Of a stretch of 64,000 nt of DNA, positions 1 to 13,113 are shown one piece after another. The position numbers were made by a program, and so were the translations under genes. Source of the DNA: Eledone cirrhosa (taxonomy: Eukaryota); the NCBI GenBank assembly GCA_964016885.1, contig OZ024741.1, positions 68,572,001 through 68,636,000 on the forward strand, read 5' to 3'. The notes under the pieces were generated by a model that saw only the letters and a program-made list of their open reading frames with translations, was not told the origin of the DNA and did no database searches. Every line of letters starts with the position of its first letter. The stretch's first letter is position 1.

Positions 1-97
1 CCCACTATCAGGCTAGAAATTTCTTTAGTCTAAAATACGGTGAAAGCTTATAATTTCTAATTTCAAACTCGCGCACCGTTTCAAAAACATACTTACA
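1..97 (+). repeat. Diverged fragment of the tRNA-containing 271-bp repeat unit seen at 5481-5775
   Basis: cccactatcaggcta..ttctttagtc..aaaatacgg..agctta..tttcaaac aligns with 5714-5775 and then continues into 5481-5549. Confidence 0.75.
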
Positions 98-1000
98 TGT
101 TTACGTTTATAATTTGCTTGTATATATATATATAATCCTGGCATATATGACATACCAATCCTAGATTCCAAAAATTAAATTCGTTCAACACTATTACCCT
201 GATTATTGATGGCCGGGGTCGGCTAGTAATTAAATAGATATTACCATAATTAGTTTTCATTCTGGTTCTTATGACATTTAAAGAAGCATGAATATCACAA
301 TTTCTATTGCTTTCTGTGGTTATATAATCATCACAATCACTGACCATTCAAGAAACAGGATGCTATCGTTAAATACGTAATTTGGGGAATATGAGAAACA
401 ATTTTTATTATAAAACTTGATAGTGTGCCAGAAAGAGTTAAAAGCCATATTTTCTTGACAATCAAAGGACGAAGGAAGCATCTGTGATTGGTTTCATGGC
501 TTCTGGAACTGGTGGGAGGACAGAGGCAGTTTTCCTTAGGCTAGAGATCTAAACCGAATCTTTGCTACAGACTTGCTGCAGCTAAAGATACCCAAAGATC
601 AGGGAGGGGAGTGAGACCAACAAAACCAACCAAGCGACGGATTAAGCTTATAATCCAAGAACAATAACGATGTCTCCAACAAGTTTCCGCCTAGTTTTTG
701 CATACAAAATGCTGTGATCAACACTTTCCCGTGTTGCAGCGCAGTAGCATGAAACTAGATTCGGATTAAAGTATATCGTCCAACTTTTATGTAATTACTA
801 GACCACCCGTGACCCGTTGGGTCACGTTCACTTCAAAATATAAAAAAAAATCATGTTCACTTAAAAATAGTTTTTAAATAATTAAAATATAAACATGTAT
901 ATAATGTGAAATGAAACTGGAAGGCCCAAATATATATACGTGTGTGTATGTATATATATAAATGTGTGTGTTTGTAAACATATATATATACATATATATA

Positions 1001-1090
1001 TATTGTTATACTTTTGGAGGGTCATGTTGCCAATAAAAAACACACGCACCAGTTGTATTCACTTCAATTTATTATAATAAATTTATAAAT
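1001..1090 (-). mobile_element. Isolated 3' terminus of PLE family D
   Basis: ttgttatactt..gtcatgttgccaataa..cacacgcaccagttg..caatttattata is near-identical to 56262-56350; flanked by (TA)n. Confidence 0.7.
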
Positions 1091-1096
1091 TTAGGA

Positions 1097-1127
<31 letters not shown>

Positions 1128-1134
<7 letters not shown>

Positions 1135-1640
1135 ATAGAGGTGTAACACACAAGTTATTATATATTGGTAAACGGAATAGAAAATGCTGACAAATTGTTC
1201 ACAGTTGAAAAATGGTTTAATTAGGGATAAAAGAGTATTAGTGATTGTATGGGTTAGTATTCAGTTGTGGTTTAAAGTTTTTAAGTTTTTACCGGTTGCG
1301 CATTTCTAAATGCTTTTCAAAAATAATTTTGAGATAGAGTGTCCGTGCTGTTTGCTCTGATCTGATTAGTTTTGGGAATTCTACCTGTTTTTATGTTAAA
1401 AAAATGGCTCCAGCGTTATTTTTGTGTTGCAAAAATGCTTGTGGTCAAAACAATTTTGATTGGTCGGTAGAGGTCATGTGAATGTAAAAAGTTGATTTTG
1501 CGCCAAGACTGTTTTTATGTTAAAATGTTAGAAAAGTGGCTCCAGCAAAAATTATGGTCAAAACAATTTTGATTGGTCGGTAGAGGTCATGTGGATAAAA
1601 AATTGGTTTTGCGCCAAGATTGAGAAATGACTCTTTCACA
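1128..1640 (-). mobile_element. Non-coding PLE-like terminal (pLTR-like) segment, family E
   Basis: 1128-1350 is homologous to 52731-52950; starts at a (TA)n tract; internal ~125-bp duplication with CCAAT motifs (gattggtc). Confidence 0.5.
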
Positions 1641-1644
1641 ACAA

Positions 1645-1702
<58 letters not shown>

Positions 1703-1771
1703 TAGTAGTAGTAAGGTGTTCGATGCTGCGACAATAGCCACCAGCGATGTGTGTCAAATGGCTATTAAGAT

Positions 1772-1805
<34 letters not shown>

Positions 1806-1835
1806 ACATACACACAGCAGAGTCATTCGAAGGTC

Positions 1836-2537
1836 AAAAGATATTTTTCAGCTTTTGTCTTATACGGAGAAGTGCGTGTGTGTGTGTGTGTATAAGTCTC
1901 TTTGTATGTTGATGTACGCGTGTGTATGTGTTTGTGTATATATGTGTGTGTGTGTGTGTGCGTGTGTGGGTGGACCAGTATTTTTTTCCCCCTTGGTAAA
2001 ATGGTGTACATTATTCGATTTTTTCAGTAAAATCGGTTCTCTTAATAGAACATCAACAATCTTAACAATAAAAGGTGTGAAATGATATTCACTATATATA
2101 TATATACACACACACACACATATATATATATTTTCACTACATATATATATATATATATATATACATATATACATACATATATATGCACATATATTTTTTT
2201 GTATTGCACCATAGAGCATGTGTGTTTACGTGTGTCATTGTGTTTATATGTGGGTAGAGATGTGTGCTGATGTAGGTATGTATGTTGACGTGTGTATGTT
2301 GTGGGTTCGTCTTAGGGAGAAGTGTTTAGACGGGGTCCGTATTTGTTAATGAAGTAAGATTCCTTGCTGATGCGCTGGGTGTGGGTGGCATTATCTTTAA
2401 ATTTGTAGAGGGGAAAGATTCTGAAGTTGGGATGATTTTGGGCGGCGCAGGTATCAATGTGTTCACTCAGTGGTATTTTCCTGTATTCCCGTATTTTAAT
2501 TTGGGATCTATGGACAGTCATGCGTTGGCGGAGGCTG
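1836..2537 (-). mobile_element. 5'-truncated PLE family B (GIY-YIG C-terminus and 3' UTR)
   Basis: SLRQRMTVHRSQIK..IPLSEHIDTC..RIFPLYK..KESYFINKYGPRLN is identical to the 53085-53858 ORF end; UTR matches 53859-54815. Confidence 0.9.
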
Positions 2538-2538
2538 T

Positions 2539-2663
2539 TTTTGGTCGATCTCGATAGAATGAAAGGCAAAGTTGACAACAGTGGGATTCGAACTCAGAGA
2601 GCCAGAACTAATACTGCAAAGTATTCTATATGACGTTCTAACGACTCTGCCAATTTGCCGCAT
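2539..2663 (-). mobile_element. tRNA-derived SINE (partial)
   Basis: gaatgaaaggcaaagttgac..gggattcgaactcag..ctgccaat shared with other copies; B-box on - strand. Confidence 0.75.
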
Positions 2664-3053
2664 ACCCAATATCAATACGTCATGGTTGAGAACAATTAAT
2701 GGAGTTCTATATAGGTCCTCCATCTACTAGAAATAGTAGCCAAATCATTCATAAATTACATTAAACACCCTTAAAAGGGGAGAGATGCATTGAATAATGT
2801 AGTCTTAGATTCACAATTCCCAATAAAAGAACAGAATTGTCATGGCGGGACATCTGATAGACCGATTGATTGATATCGACTTGGATCAAAAATAAAATAA
2901 TAAAACAAGACATATAACAACAAAAGCTGAAACGAGGCAAATAAAGGAGTTTGTATGTGATTCTTAGATCTGACAAGAATAGTCACCAACTATACGTGAA
3001 AAGGAAGGAGATATTTGGAAGATGTAGTGCTAGAAAAACAAAAGATGTGGTGA

Positions 3054-3248
3054 CAGACCTGCCAACCTATAAAAACCCAAACGGAAAGTAGCATGAAAGA
3101 AAGTGCCCCCAAACGGTGAGAAATGAGGGAAAATGGGGAGATTTTACATGACGAAAGCTATACCCGTTTTCACAAGAGAAGACATCTCTCACTCACTCCA
3201 AACTAGGTGGGAGATCTCCCCGTCAGATGGGGAGAGTTGATAGATCTG
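3054..3248 (+). mobile_element. ~195-bp MITE-like element, copy 1
   Basis: Imperfect TIR cagacctgccaac/gttgatagatctg; homologous to 31029-31211 and 32579-32777. Confidence 0.75.
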
Positions 3249-3370
3249 TGGTGGTGTGGTTATATCTGAAATGTATCTGATTATAGGTTGAGATGGGCTT
3301 AACAAATCAACAGCACCAACATTGTATTGGAGTGATACTTTATTTTATCGAACCTTGAAGGTTACGAAGC

Positions 3371-3670
3371 AAATCTTGCATTATCTGGGGTGCTACATGC
3401 AATAACACCATCTCCAGCGGCAACCTGGTTCATTCGGCGACTAACATAGGCTTCGCTGCTCGTCAAGACGAAGATCGCAAGATGCCGAAATATCAGTCGT
3501 TCTCCGATAGGTTTGTCGTTGAACCTATTGCAGTAGATTCTTCCTGTGTTCTTGGTCCACGGACCATCTCCCTACTACTGGGGTGGTGTTAGCCACCCCC
3601 GGGAATGACCTCACGTGAGAATGGCTATTCCAACGCGTGTCCTTCATCCCCCTCCGGGCAACGATTTTTC
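3371..3670 (+). pseudogene. Decayed CRE-like (restriction-like endonuclease) non-LTR retrotransposon 3' fragment
   Basis: Manual translation KSCIIWGATCNNT..AARQDEDRKMPKYQSFSDRFVVEPIAVDSSCVLGP..EWLFQRVS resembles the WDxT..K..KY..F.P.A.ET.G..G..QRxS..RGNA pattern. Confidence 0.6.
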
Positions 3671-4291
3671 CATTCCGTCAGCTGGGACCATGCGGCCTAC
3701 GCATAGGCTCTCCCAAAGGGTTCGGGCCCGCATCATACGGGCAGCGATGTAATAAATGGTATAAATTTTGTTTTCACATATTTTATCTGATTTTGAAAAT
3801 CATAATAAATCTAAATTATCGATTTAAAAAAATTATACGAAAAATTACATTGGTGACAATGCATGTTTCGACTTTTACTAAAATGTAAGCAATAGCAAAT
3901 AACTTGTATGGCTACATTTTAATTCGGCTTATATTTTAACAGCGTACACTAACAGTTACATTACTTTCACAGTTAAAGTCGATAGCAAAATATAATAGTG
4001 TATGTTTTTTGCGTCTTATTCAGTACATGACTCTTATTTATATGCTTAAATATATGGAATCAATGTGTATTAATGCAAACTGTTCGCGTAGAAATATTTG
4101 TATCTAATTCAATGACAAATGAAATACATGCTTCGAAGCTATTTATACTTGGACTATTTAAAATGTGAACAAATAGTTCACACATCCACCCACAGACATT
4201 TGTTGGGGAGGGAACAATCGATTATATGAACCTTAGTACTTGAGCGGGATTTTCTTTATGGAAATTGGTTTGATAAAAGACAATTAATTAA

Positions 4292-4720
4292 ATATGTTCT
4301 AATTTAGGCACAAGGCCTGCAATTTTGGGACAGAGAGGACAGCCGATAATATCGATTTCAGTATTTTACTGGTACTTTATTTCATCGATGATGGAGGGAT
4401 GAAAAGCAAAGTTTACCTCGGCAGGATTTGAACGTAAAGAGCCGTTAGTAAATGTCTCAAAGAATTCGACGCGCTAACGATTCTGCAAAGCTCCCACCCG
4501 CCCTAATAATAGTTTCTGATTTAGTCACAAGGTCAGCAATTTTGGGAGAGGAGAAAGTCGATTAAATAGACTCAGTGCGTGACTGGTATTTTATTTTATC
4601 GACCCCATAAGAATGAAAAGCAAAGCTAACCTCGGCGGGATTTGAATTCAGAACGTAAAGAGTTAACTAAAGTATTACTCGGCATCTTGTCCATCAATCT
4701 ACTGAATCCGCCTAATCCAC
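4292..4720 (-). mobile_element. Two tandem tRNA-derived SINE copies
   Basis: ggcacaaggcc..ctggtactttat..gatgaaaagcaaag..cctcggc..gatttgaa occurs twice. Confidence 0.8.
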
Positions 4721-5296
4721 TCTTCGTTAATAAGGATGGGATTTCCAACATAAGAACAATGTTACACATTTCGGTGGAAACGTTTGGTCGATTATCTCGA
4801 CCACAGTACTCGACTGTTATTACTAACAACTCCGATTCTGCCAATATAAAAGATGTTTAGTCGACGTCGGTGGGGCTTGAACTTAGAACATAAAGGGGAC
4901 TAATTAAAGTATTTTGTCCAATACGTTACTGATTCTATCTATAGTATTAAGACTAGTTTCATATATAAATGCAAGGTCACACGTGGGTACGTACGTATGC
5001 ATGCATGTATGCATGTACCCGTCACACCTGTTGGAGTCGTAAGAACGCCGCAGTGACAAACGGCGTTTCTTGGGTTTTTCTAAACCTGATGGAGCTGAAC
5101 ACAGTCAATTTCCTCCAGTGACGGAGAAGGAGTAATAGAGAGGATGTGCGAAAGAAATATAGAGAAAGAATCAACCCTAGTGCTGGACACGTGGTTTTTT
5201 ATCGACCTCAGAAGGATGAAAGGCAAAGATGACCTCGGTGGGATTTGAACTCAGGGCACAGAGTGGGAACAAATACTACAAAACATTGTATCCAAT

Positions 5297-5770
5297 AGTA
5301 AGAATATTTTCGAAACAGCGAGCGGGTTTGAAATTATTAGAAATGTAAGCTATCGCCGTATTTTGACTAAAGAAATTAAAGAAATTATTTAGCCTGATAG
5401 TGGGGTTAAGAACCCTCGGAGAAATGGAAGAAGATAAGTATTGACGTGCATGGGAGTCGAACCCACATCTTTGGTTATTTCAAAATACGGCGATAGCTTA
5501 CATTTATAATAATTTCAAACCCGCTCGCTGTTTCGAAAATACTCTTACTTGACATTACAGTCGCTAAGTTTATAGCTTCTAATTTGAATGGAAAAAGACG
5601 GGTAATGTGTTGGTGTAAATGGTAACACAGTGGTCCGGATAACCAAAGATGTGGGTTCGACTCCCATGTACGTCAATACTTATCTTTTTCCATTTCTCCG
5701 AGGGTTCTTAACCCCACTATCAGGCTAAATAATTTCTTTACTTTCTTTAGTCAAAATACGGCGATAGCTT
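5297..5770. mobile_element. Fold-back insertion of a 271-bp tRNA-containing unit with a 14-bp TSD
   Basis: 5297-5477 is an inverted partial copy of the unit; caaaatacggcgatagcttacatt is directly repeated at 5481 and 5752; TSD at 5283-5296 and 5771-5784. Confidence 0.8.
5604..5675 (+). pseudogene. tRNA-like sequence (Pol III A/B boxes) inside a mobile unit
   Basis: A-box tggtgtaaatggt; anticodon-like stem tggt-ccggata-acca; T-arm gtgggttcgactcccat; imperfect acceptor stem. Confidence 0.65.
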
Positions 5771-5953
5771 ACATTGTATCCAATGTTTTGTAGACTCTGC
5801 TAATTCAACACATTGGTATAGTTGATTGCATTGTATTTGAGTGCTACTTTATTTTTCGAACCCGGAATCTTACGAGGTATAGGCGACCATGTTAGGGTTG
5901 GAACTTAATACCTAAAACACATTAACTAATAACCAGATATTATTTTGTTCTTT

Positions 5954-6131
5954 TGGCAGTATCGGTAGAGGGTCGAACGCCATACTATCCTGCATAGTTA
6001 CGTCCCTTTACGGTCTGAGTTCAAATCTTGCCGAGGTTAACTTTGCCTTTCATCCTTACGGGGTCGTTAAAATAAAGTACCAGTAATGCACTGATTAATT
6101 GCTGGTCTTGTGCCAAAAGTAGAAACAATTA
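5954..6131 (+). mobile_element. tRNA-derived SINE
   Basis: tggcagtatcggtagag (A-box), gagttcaaatc (B-box), ctttgcctttcatccttacggggtcg core, tail agaaacaattatt. Confidence 0.85.
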
Positions 6132-6149
6132 TTTTGTTCTTTGATACAT

Positions 6150-9100
6150 GTGTGTGTGTGTATGGTGTGTTGTGTGGTATGGTGTGTGAGATGTGGTGTT
6201 GTGTGATGTGTGTTATGATGTGTTGTTTGGTATGGTGTGTGAGATGTGGTGTTGTGTGATATGGTGTGTGTGTGTGTATATATAATGTGGTTCTGTGTTC
6301 TGTAGTATGGTGTGTGTGTGTGTGTGTATAATGTGGTGCTGTGTTCTGTAGTATGGTGTGTGTGTGAAATGTGGTGCTGTGTTCTGTAATATGGTGTGTG
6401 TGTGTGTGTGTGTATAATGTGGTGCTGTGTTCTGTAGTATGGTGTGTGTGTGTGTGTAATGTGGTACTGTGTGTGGTGTTCTGTAGTATGGTGTGTGTGT
6501 TTGTGTGATATGTTATGTGTGATGTGATGTTGTGAGATGTGGTGTTGTGTGATATGTTATGTGTGATATGGTGTTGTGTGATGTGATGTTGTGAGATGTG
6601 GTGTTGTGTGATATGTTATGTGTGATATGGTGTTGTGTGATGTGATGTTGTGAGATGTGGTGTTGTGTGATATGTTATGTGTGATATGGTGTTGTGATAT
6701 GGTGTTGTGTGATGTGGTGTTGTGTGATGTGGTGTTGTGTTCTGTAGTATGGTGTGTGTTGTGGGTGATGTGGTGTTGTATTCTGTAGTATGGTGTGTGG
6801 TGTGGGTGACGTGGTGTTGTATTCTGTAGTATGGTGTGTGGTGTGTTGTGAGATGTGGTGTTGTGTTCTGTAGTATGGTGTGTGGTGTGGGTGATGTGGT
6901 GTTGTGTTCTGTAGTATGGTGTGTGGTGTGGGTGATGAGGTGTTGTGTTCTGTAGTATGGTGTGTGGTGTGGGTGATGTGGTGTTGTGTTCTGTAGTATG
7001 GTGTGTGTTGTGGGTGATGTGGTGTTGTGTTCTGTAGTATGGTGTGTGGTGTGGGTGATGTGGTGTTGTGTTCTGTAGTATGGTGTGTGTTGTGGGTGAT
7101 GTGGTGTTGTGTTCTGTAGTATGGTGTGTGGTGTGGGTGATGTGGTGTTGTGTTCTGTAGTATGGTGTGTGGTGTGGGTGATGTGGTGTTGTGTTCTGTA
7201 GTATGGTGTGTGTTGTGGGTGATGTGGTGTTGTGTTCTGTAGTATGGTGTGTGTTGTGGGTGATGTGGTGTTGTGTTCTGTAGTATGGTGTGTGGTGTGG
7301 GTGATGTGGTGTTGTGTTCTGTAGTATGGTGTGTGGTGTGGGTGATGTGGTGTTGTGTTCTGTAGTATGGTGTGTGGTGTGGGTGATGTGGTGTTGTGTT
7401 CTGTAGTATGGTGTGTGTTGTGGGTGATGTGGTGTTGTGTTCTGTAGTATGGTGTGTGGTGTGGGTGATGTGGTGTTGTGTTCTGTAGTATGGTGTGTGG
7501 TGTGGGTGATGTGGTGTTGTGTTCTGTAGTATGGTGTGTGGTGTGGGTGATGTGGTGTTGTGTTCTGTAGTATGGTGTGTGTTGTGGGTGATGTGGTGTT
7601 GTGTTCTGTAGTATGGTGTGTGTTGTGGGTTATGTGGTGTTGTGTTCTGTAGAATGGTGTGTGGTGTGTTGTGAGATGTGGTGTTGTGTTCTGTAGTATT
7701 GTGTGTGGTGTGGGTGATGTGGTGTTGTGTTCTGTAGTATGGTGTGTGGTGTGGGTGATGTGGTGTTGTGTTCTGTAGTATGGTGTGTGTTGTGGGTGAT
7801 GTGGTGTTGTGTTCTGTAGTATGGTGTGTGTTGTGGGTGATGTGGTGTTGTGTTCTGTAGTATGGTGTGTGTTGTGGGTGATGTGGTGTTGTGTTCTGTA
7901 GTATGGTGTGTGGTGTGGGTGGTGTGGTGTTGTGTTCTGTAGTATGGTGTGTGGTGTGGGTGATGTGGTGTTGTGTTCTGTAGTATGGTGTGTGTTGTGG
8001 GTGATGTGGTGTTGTGTTCTGTAGTATGGTGTGTGTTGTGGGTGATGTGGTGTTGTGTTCTGTAGTATGGTGTGTGGTGTGTTGTGAGATGTGGTGTTGT
8101 GTTCTGTAGTATGGTGTGTGGTGTGGGTGATGTGGTGTTGTGTTCTGTAGTATGGTGTGTGGTGTGGGTGATGTGGTGTTGTGTTCTGTAGTATGGTGTG
8201 TGGTGTGGGTGATGTGGTGTTGTGTTCTGTAGTATGGTGTGTGGTGTGGGTGATGTGGTGTTGTGTTCTGTAGTATGGTGTGTGGTGTGGGTGATGTGGT
8301 GTTGTGTTCTGTAGTATGGTGTGTGGTGTGGGTGATGTGGTGTTGTGTTCTGTAGTATGGTGTGTGTTGTGGGTGATGTGGTGTTGTGTTCTGTAGTATG
8401 GTGTGTGTTGTGGGTGATGTGGTGTTGTGTTCTGTAGTATGGTGTGTGGTGTGGGTGATGTGGTGTTGTGTTCTGTAGTATGGTGTGTGGTGTGGGTGGT
8501 GTGGTGTTGTGTTCTGTAGTATGGTGTGTGGTGTGGGTGATGTGGTGTTGTGTTCTGTAGTATGGTGTGTGTTGTGGGTGATGTGGTGTTGTGTTCTGTA
8601 GTATGGTGTGTGGTGTGGGTGATGTGGTGTTGTGTTCTGTAGTATGGTGTGTGGTGTGGGTGATGTGGTGTTGTGTTCTGTAGTATGGTGTGTGGTGTGT
8701 TGTGAGATGTGGTGTTGTGTTCTGTAGTATGGTGTGTGGTGTGGGTGATGTGGTGTTGTGTTCTGTAGTATGGTGTGTGGTGTGGGTGATGTGGTGTTGT
8801 GTTCTGTAGTATGGTGTGTGGTGTGTTGTGAGATGTGGTGTTGTGTTCTGTAGTATGGTGTGTGGTGTGGGTTATGTGGTGTTGTGTTCTGTAGTATGGT
8901 GTGTGGTGTGGGTGATGTGGTGTTGTGTTCTGTAGTATGGTGTGTGGTGTGTTGTGAGATGTGGTGTTGTGTTCTGTAGTATGGTGTGTGGTGTGGGTGA
9001 TGTGGTGTTGTGTTCTGTAGTATGGTGTGTGGTGTGGGTGATGTGGTGTTGTGTTCTGTAGTATGGTGTGTGGTGTGTTGTGAGATGTGGTGTTGTGTTC

Positions 9101-12100
9101 TGTAGTATGGTGTGTGGTGTGTTGTGAGATGTGGTGTTGTGTTCTGTAGTATGGTGTGTGGTGTGGGTGATGTGGTGTTGTGTTCTGTAGTATGGTGTGT
9201 GGTGTGGGTGATGTGGTGTTGTGTTCTGTAGTATGGTGTGTGGTGTGGGTGATGTGGTGTTGTGTTCTGTAGTATGGTGTGTGGTGTGGGTGATGTGGTG
9301 TTGTGTTCTGTAGTATGGTGTGTGGTGTGGGTGGTGTGGTGTTGTGTTCTGTAGTATGGTGTGTGGTGTGGGTGATGTGGTGTTGTGTTCTGTAGTATGG
9401 TGTGGGTGATGTGGTGTTGTGTTCTGTAGTGTGGTGTGTGGTGTGGGTGATGTGGTGTTGTGTTCTGTAGTATGGTGTGTGGTGTGTTGTGAGATGTGGT
9501 GTTGTGTTCTGTAGTATGGTGTGTGGTGTGGGTGATGTGGTGTTGTGTTCTGTAGTATGGTGTGTGGTGTGTTGTGAGATGTGGTGTTGTGTTCTGTAGT
9601 ATGGTGTGTGGTGTGGGTGATGTGGTGTTGTGTTCTGTAGTATGGTGTGTGGTGTGGGTGATGTGGTGTTGTGTTCTGTAGTATGGTGTGTGGTGTGGGT
9701 GATGTGGTGTTGTGTTCTGTAGTATGGTGTGTGGTGTGGGTGGTGTGGTGTTGTGTTCTGTAGTATGGTGTGTGGTGTGGGTGATGTGGTGTTGTGTTCT
9801 GTAGTATGGTGTGTGTTGTGGGTGATGTGGTGTTGTGTTCTGTAGTATGGTGTGTGGTGTGGGTGATGTGGTGTTGTGTTCTGTAGTATGGTGTGTGGTG
9901 TGGGTGATGTGGTGTTGTGTTCTGTAGTATGGTGTGTGGTGTGGGTGGTGTGGTGTTGTGTTCTGTAGTATGGTGTGTGGTGTGGGTGATGTGGTGTTGT
10001 GTTCTGTAGTATGGTGTGTGGTGTGGGTGATGTGGTGTTGTGTTCTGTAGTATGGTGTGTGGTGTGTTGTGAGATGTGGTGTTGTGTTCTGTAGTATGGT
10101 GTGTGGTGTGGGTGACGTGGTGTTGTGTTCTGTAGTATGGTGTGTGTTGTGGGTGATGTGGTTTTGTGTTCTGTAGTATGGTGTGTGGTGTGGGTGACGT
10201 GGTGTTGTGTTCTGTAGTATGGTGTGTGGTGTGGGTGGTGTGGTGTTGTGTTCTGTAGTATGGTGTGTGTTGTGGGTGATGTGGTGTTGTGTTCTGTAGT
10301 ATGGTGTGTGTTGTGGGTGATGTGGTGTTGTGTTCTGTAGTATGGTGTGTGGTGTGGGTGATGTGGTGTTGTGTTCTGTAGTATGGTGTGTGGTGTGGGT
10401 GACGTGGTGTTGTGTTCTGTAGTATGGTGTGTGGTGTGGGTGATGTGGTGTTGTGTTCTGTAGTATGGTGTGTGTTGTGGGTTATGTGGTGTTGTGTTCT
10501 GTAGTATGGTGTGTGGTGTGGGTGATGTGGTGTTGTGTTCTGTAGTATGGTGTGTGTTGTGGGTGAAGTGGTGTTGTGTTCTGTAGTATGGTGTGTGGTG
10601 TGTTGTGAGATGTGGTGTTGTGTTCTGTAGTATGGTGTGTGGTGTGGGTGATGTGGTGTTGTGTTCTGTAGTATGGTGTGTGGTGTGGGTGATGTGGTGT
10701 TGTGTTCTGTAGTATGGTGTGTGGTGTGGGTGATGTGGTGTTGTGTTCTGTAGTATGGTGTGTGTTGTGTTGTGAGATGTGGTGTTGTGTTCTGTAGTAT
10801 GGTGTGTGGTGTGGGTGGTGTGGTGTTGTGTTCTGTAGTATGGTGTGTGTTGTGTTGTGAGATGTGGTGTTGTGTTCTGTAGTATGGTGTGTGGTGTGGG
10901 TGGTGTGGTGTTGTGTTCTGTAGTATGGTGTGTGGTGTGGGTGATGTGGTGTTGTGTTCTGTAGTATGGTGTGTGTTGTGGGTGATGTGGTGTTGTGTTC
11001 TGTAGTATGGTGTGTGGTGTGGGTGATGTGGTGTTGTGTTCTGTAGTATGGTGTGTGTTGTGGGTGATGTGGTGTTGTGTTCTGTAGTATGGTGTGTGGT
11101 GTGGGTGATGTGGTGTTGTGTTCTGTAGTATGGTGTGTGGTGTGGGTGATGTGGTGTTGTGTTCTGTAGTATGGTGTGTGGTGTGGGTGATGTGGTGTTG
11201 TGTTCTGTAGTATGGTGTGTGGTGTGGGTGATGTGGTGTTGTGTTCTGTAGTATGGTGTGTGTTGTGTTGTGAGATGTGGTGTTGTGTTCTGTAGTATGG
11301 TGTGTGGTGTGGGTGGTGTGGTGTTGTGTTCTGTAGTATGGTGTGTGGTGTGGGTGATGTGGTGTTGTGTTCTGTAGTATGGTGTGTGTTGTGGGTGATG
11401 TGGTGTTGTGTTCTGTAGTATGGTGTGTGGTGTGGGTGATGTGGTGTTGTGTTCTGTAGTATGGTGTGTGGTGTGTTGTGAGATGTGGTGTTGTGTTCTG
11501 TAGTATGGTGTGTGGTGTGGGTGATGTGGTGTTGTGTTCTGTAGTATGGTGTGTGGTGTGGGTGACGTGGTGTTGTGTTCTGTAGTATGGTGTGTGGTGT
11601 GGGTGATGTGGTGTTGTGTTCTGTAGTATGGTGTGTGGTGTGTTGTGAGATGTGGTGTTGTGTTCTGTAGTATGGTGTGTGGTGTGGGTGATGTGGTGTT
11701 GTGTTCTGTAGTATGGTGTGTGGTGTGGGTGACGTGGTGTTGTGTTCTGTAGTATGGTGTGTGGTGTGGGTGATGTGGTGTTGTGTTCTGTAGTATGGTG
11801 TGTGGTGTGTTGTGAGATGTGGTGTTGTGTTCTGTAGTATGGTGTGTGGTGTGGGTGATGTGGTGTTGTGTTCTGTAGTATGGTGTGTGGTGTGGGTGAC
11901 GTGGTGTTGTGTTCTGTAGTATGGTGTGTGGTGTGGGTGATGTGGTGTTGTGTTCTGTAGTATGGTGTGTGGTGTGCGTGATGTGGTGTTGTGTTCTGTA
12001 GTATGGTGTGTGTTGTGTTGTGAGATGTGGTGTTGTGTTCTGTAGTATGGTGTGTGGTGTGGGTGATGTGGTGTTGTGTTCTGTAGTATGGTGTGTGTTG

Positions 12101-12470
12101 TGTTGTGAGATGTGGTGTTGTGTTCTGTAGTATGGTGTGTGGTGTGGGTGATGTGGTGTTGTGTTCTGTAGTATGGTGTTTGGTGTGGGTGATGTGGTGT
12201 TGTGTTCTGTAGTATGGTGTGTGGTGTGGGTGACGTGGTGTTGTGTTCTGTAGTATGGTGTGTGGTGTGGGTGATGTGGTGTTGTGTTCTGTAGTATGGT
12301 GTGTGGTGTGGGTGATGTGGTGTTGTGTTCTGTAGTATGGTGTGTGTTGTGGGTGATGTGGTGTTGTGTTCTGTAGTATGGTGTGTGGTGTGGGTGATGT
12401 GGTGTTGTGTTCTGTAGTATGGTGTGTGTTGTGGGTGATGTGGTGTTGTGTTCTGTAGTATGGTGTGTGT
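6150..12470. repeat. GT-rich satellite, 41-bp unit (43-bp variant), ~140 copies in 6727-12470, with a degenerate left flank
   Basis: Unit gtggtgttgtgttctgtagtatggtgtgtggtgtgggtgat; ctgtag at 6909 and 6950 gives period 41. Confidence 0.95.
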
Positions 12471-12598
12471 GTGAAGTGTTTTGATGTTATGTGGTATTGG
12501 GTGTGACTGTAATGATCTGTTGTATGGTAAGGTGTGTGCGTAATGTGGTGTATGGTATGCTGGGTGTGTGATGATGTGTTGTGTGGTATGGTGTGGTG

Positions 12599-12707
<109 letters not shown>

Positions 12708-13052
12708 TGTGCGTGTGTGATCATATGCTGTGTGGTTCATGTGTGTGTGCGCGGTATGGTGTGTGTATGATGTGTTGATTAGCATGGTGTATGTGCATGT
12801 GTGTGTGATGTGGTGTTGTGTTATATGGTTTGATCCTGTATATGTGACCTGAACAGGTTGCCAAAATTTCAGATAGAGATAACCACCCAAATGTAATCAA
12901 CTCTTGTAAATATTTGTCTCAAATAGTGTTTGCTCCTCGATATATATAAACACACCCAATCACAATACCCCGCACCTACACATTGGAATCATGAGCGACT
13001 TGTTTTTGTTTATATACATTGGTACTTGTATTCACACATACATACAATTGTG

Positions 13053-13113
<61 letters not shown>

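Larger units (their letters stand above)
5190..5810 (-). mobile_element. SINE interrupted by the 5297-5770 insertion
   Basis: SINE core at 5190-5296 resumes at 5771-5810; acattgtatccaat is duplicated at both junctions. Confidence 0.7.

Noticed and set aside
5604-5675. Functional tRNA gene
   Set aside because: Imperfect acceptor stem, atypical anticodon loop, and location inside a mobile repeat
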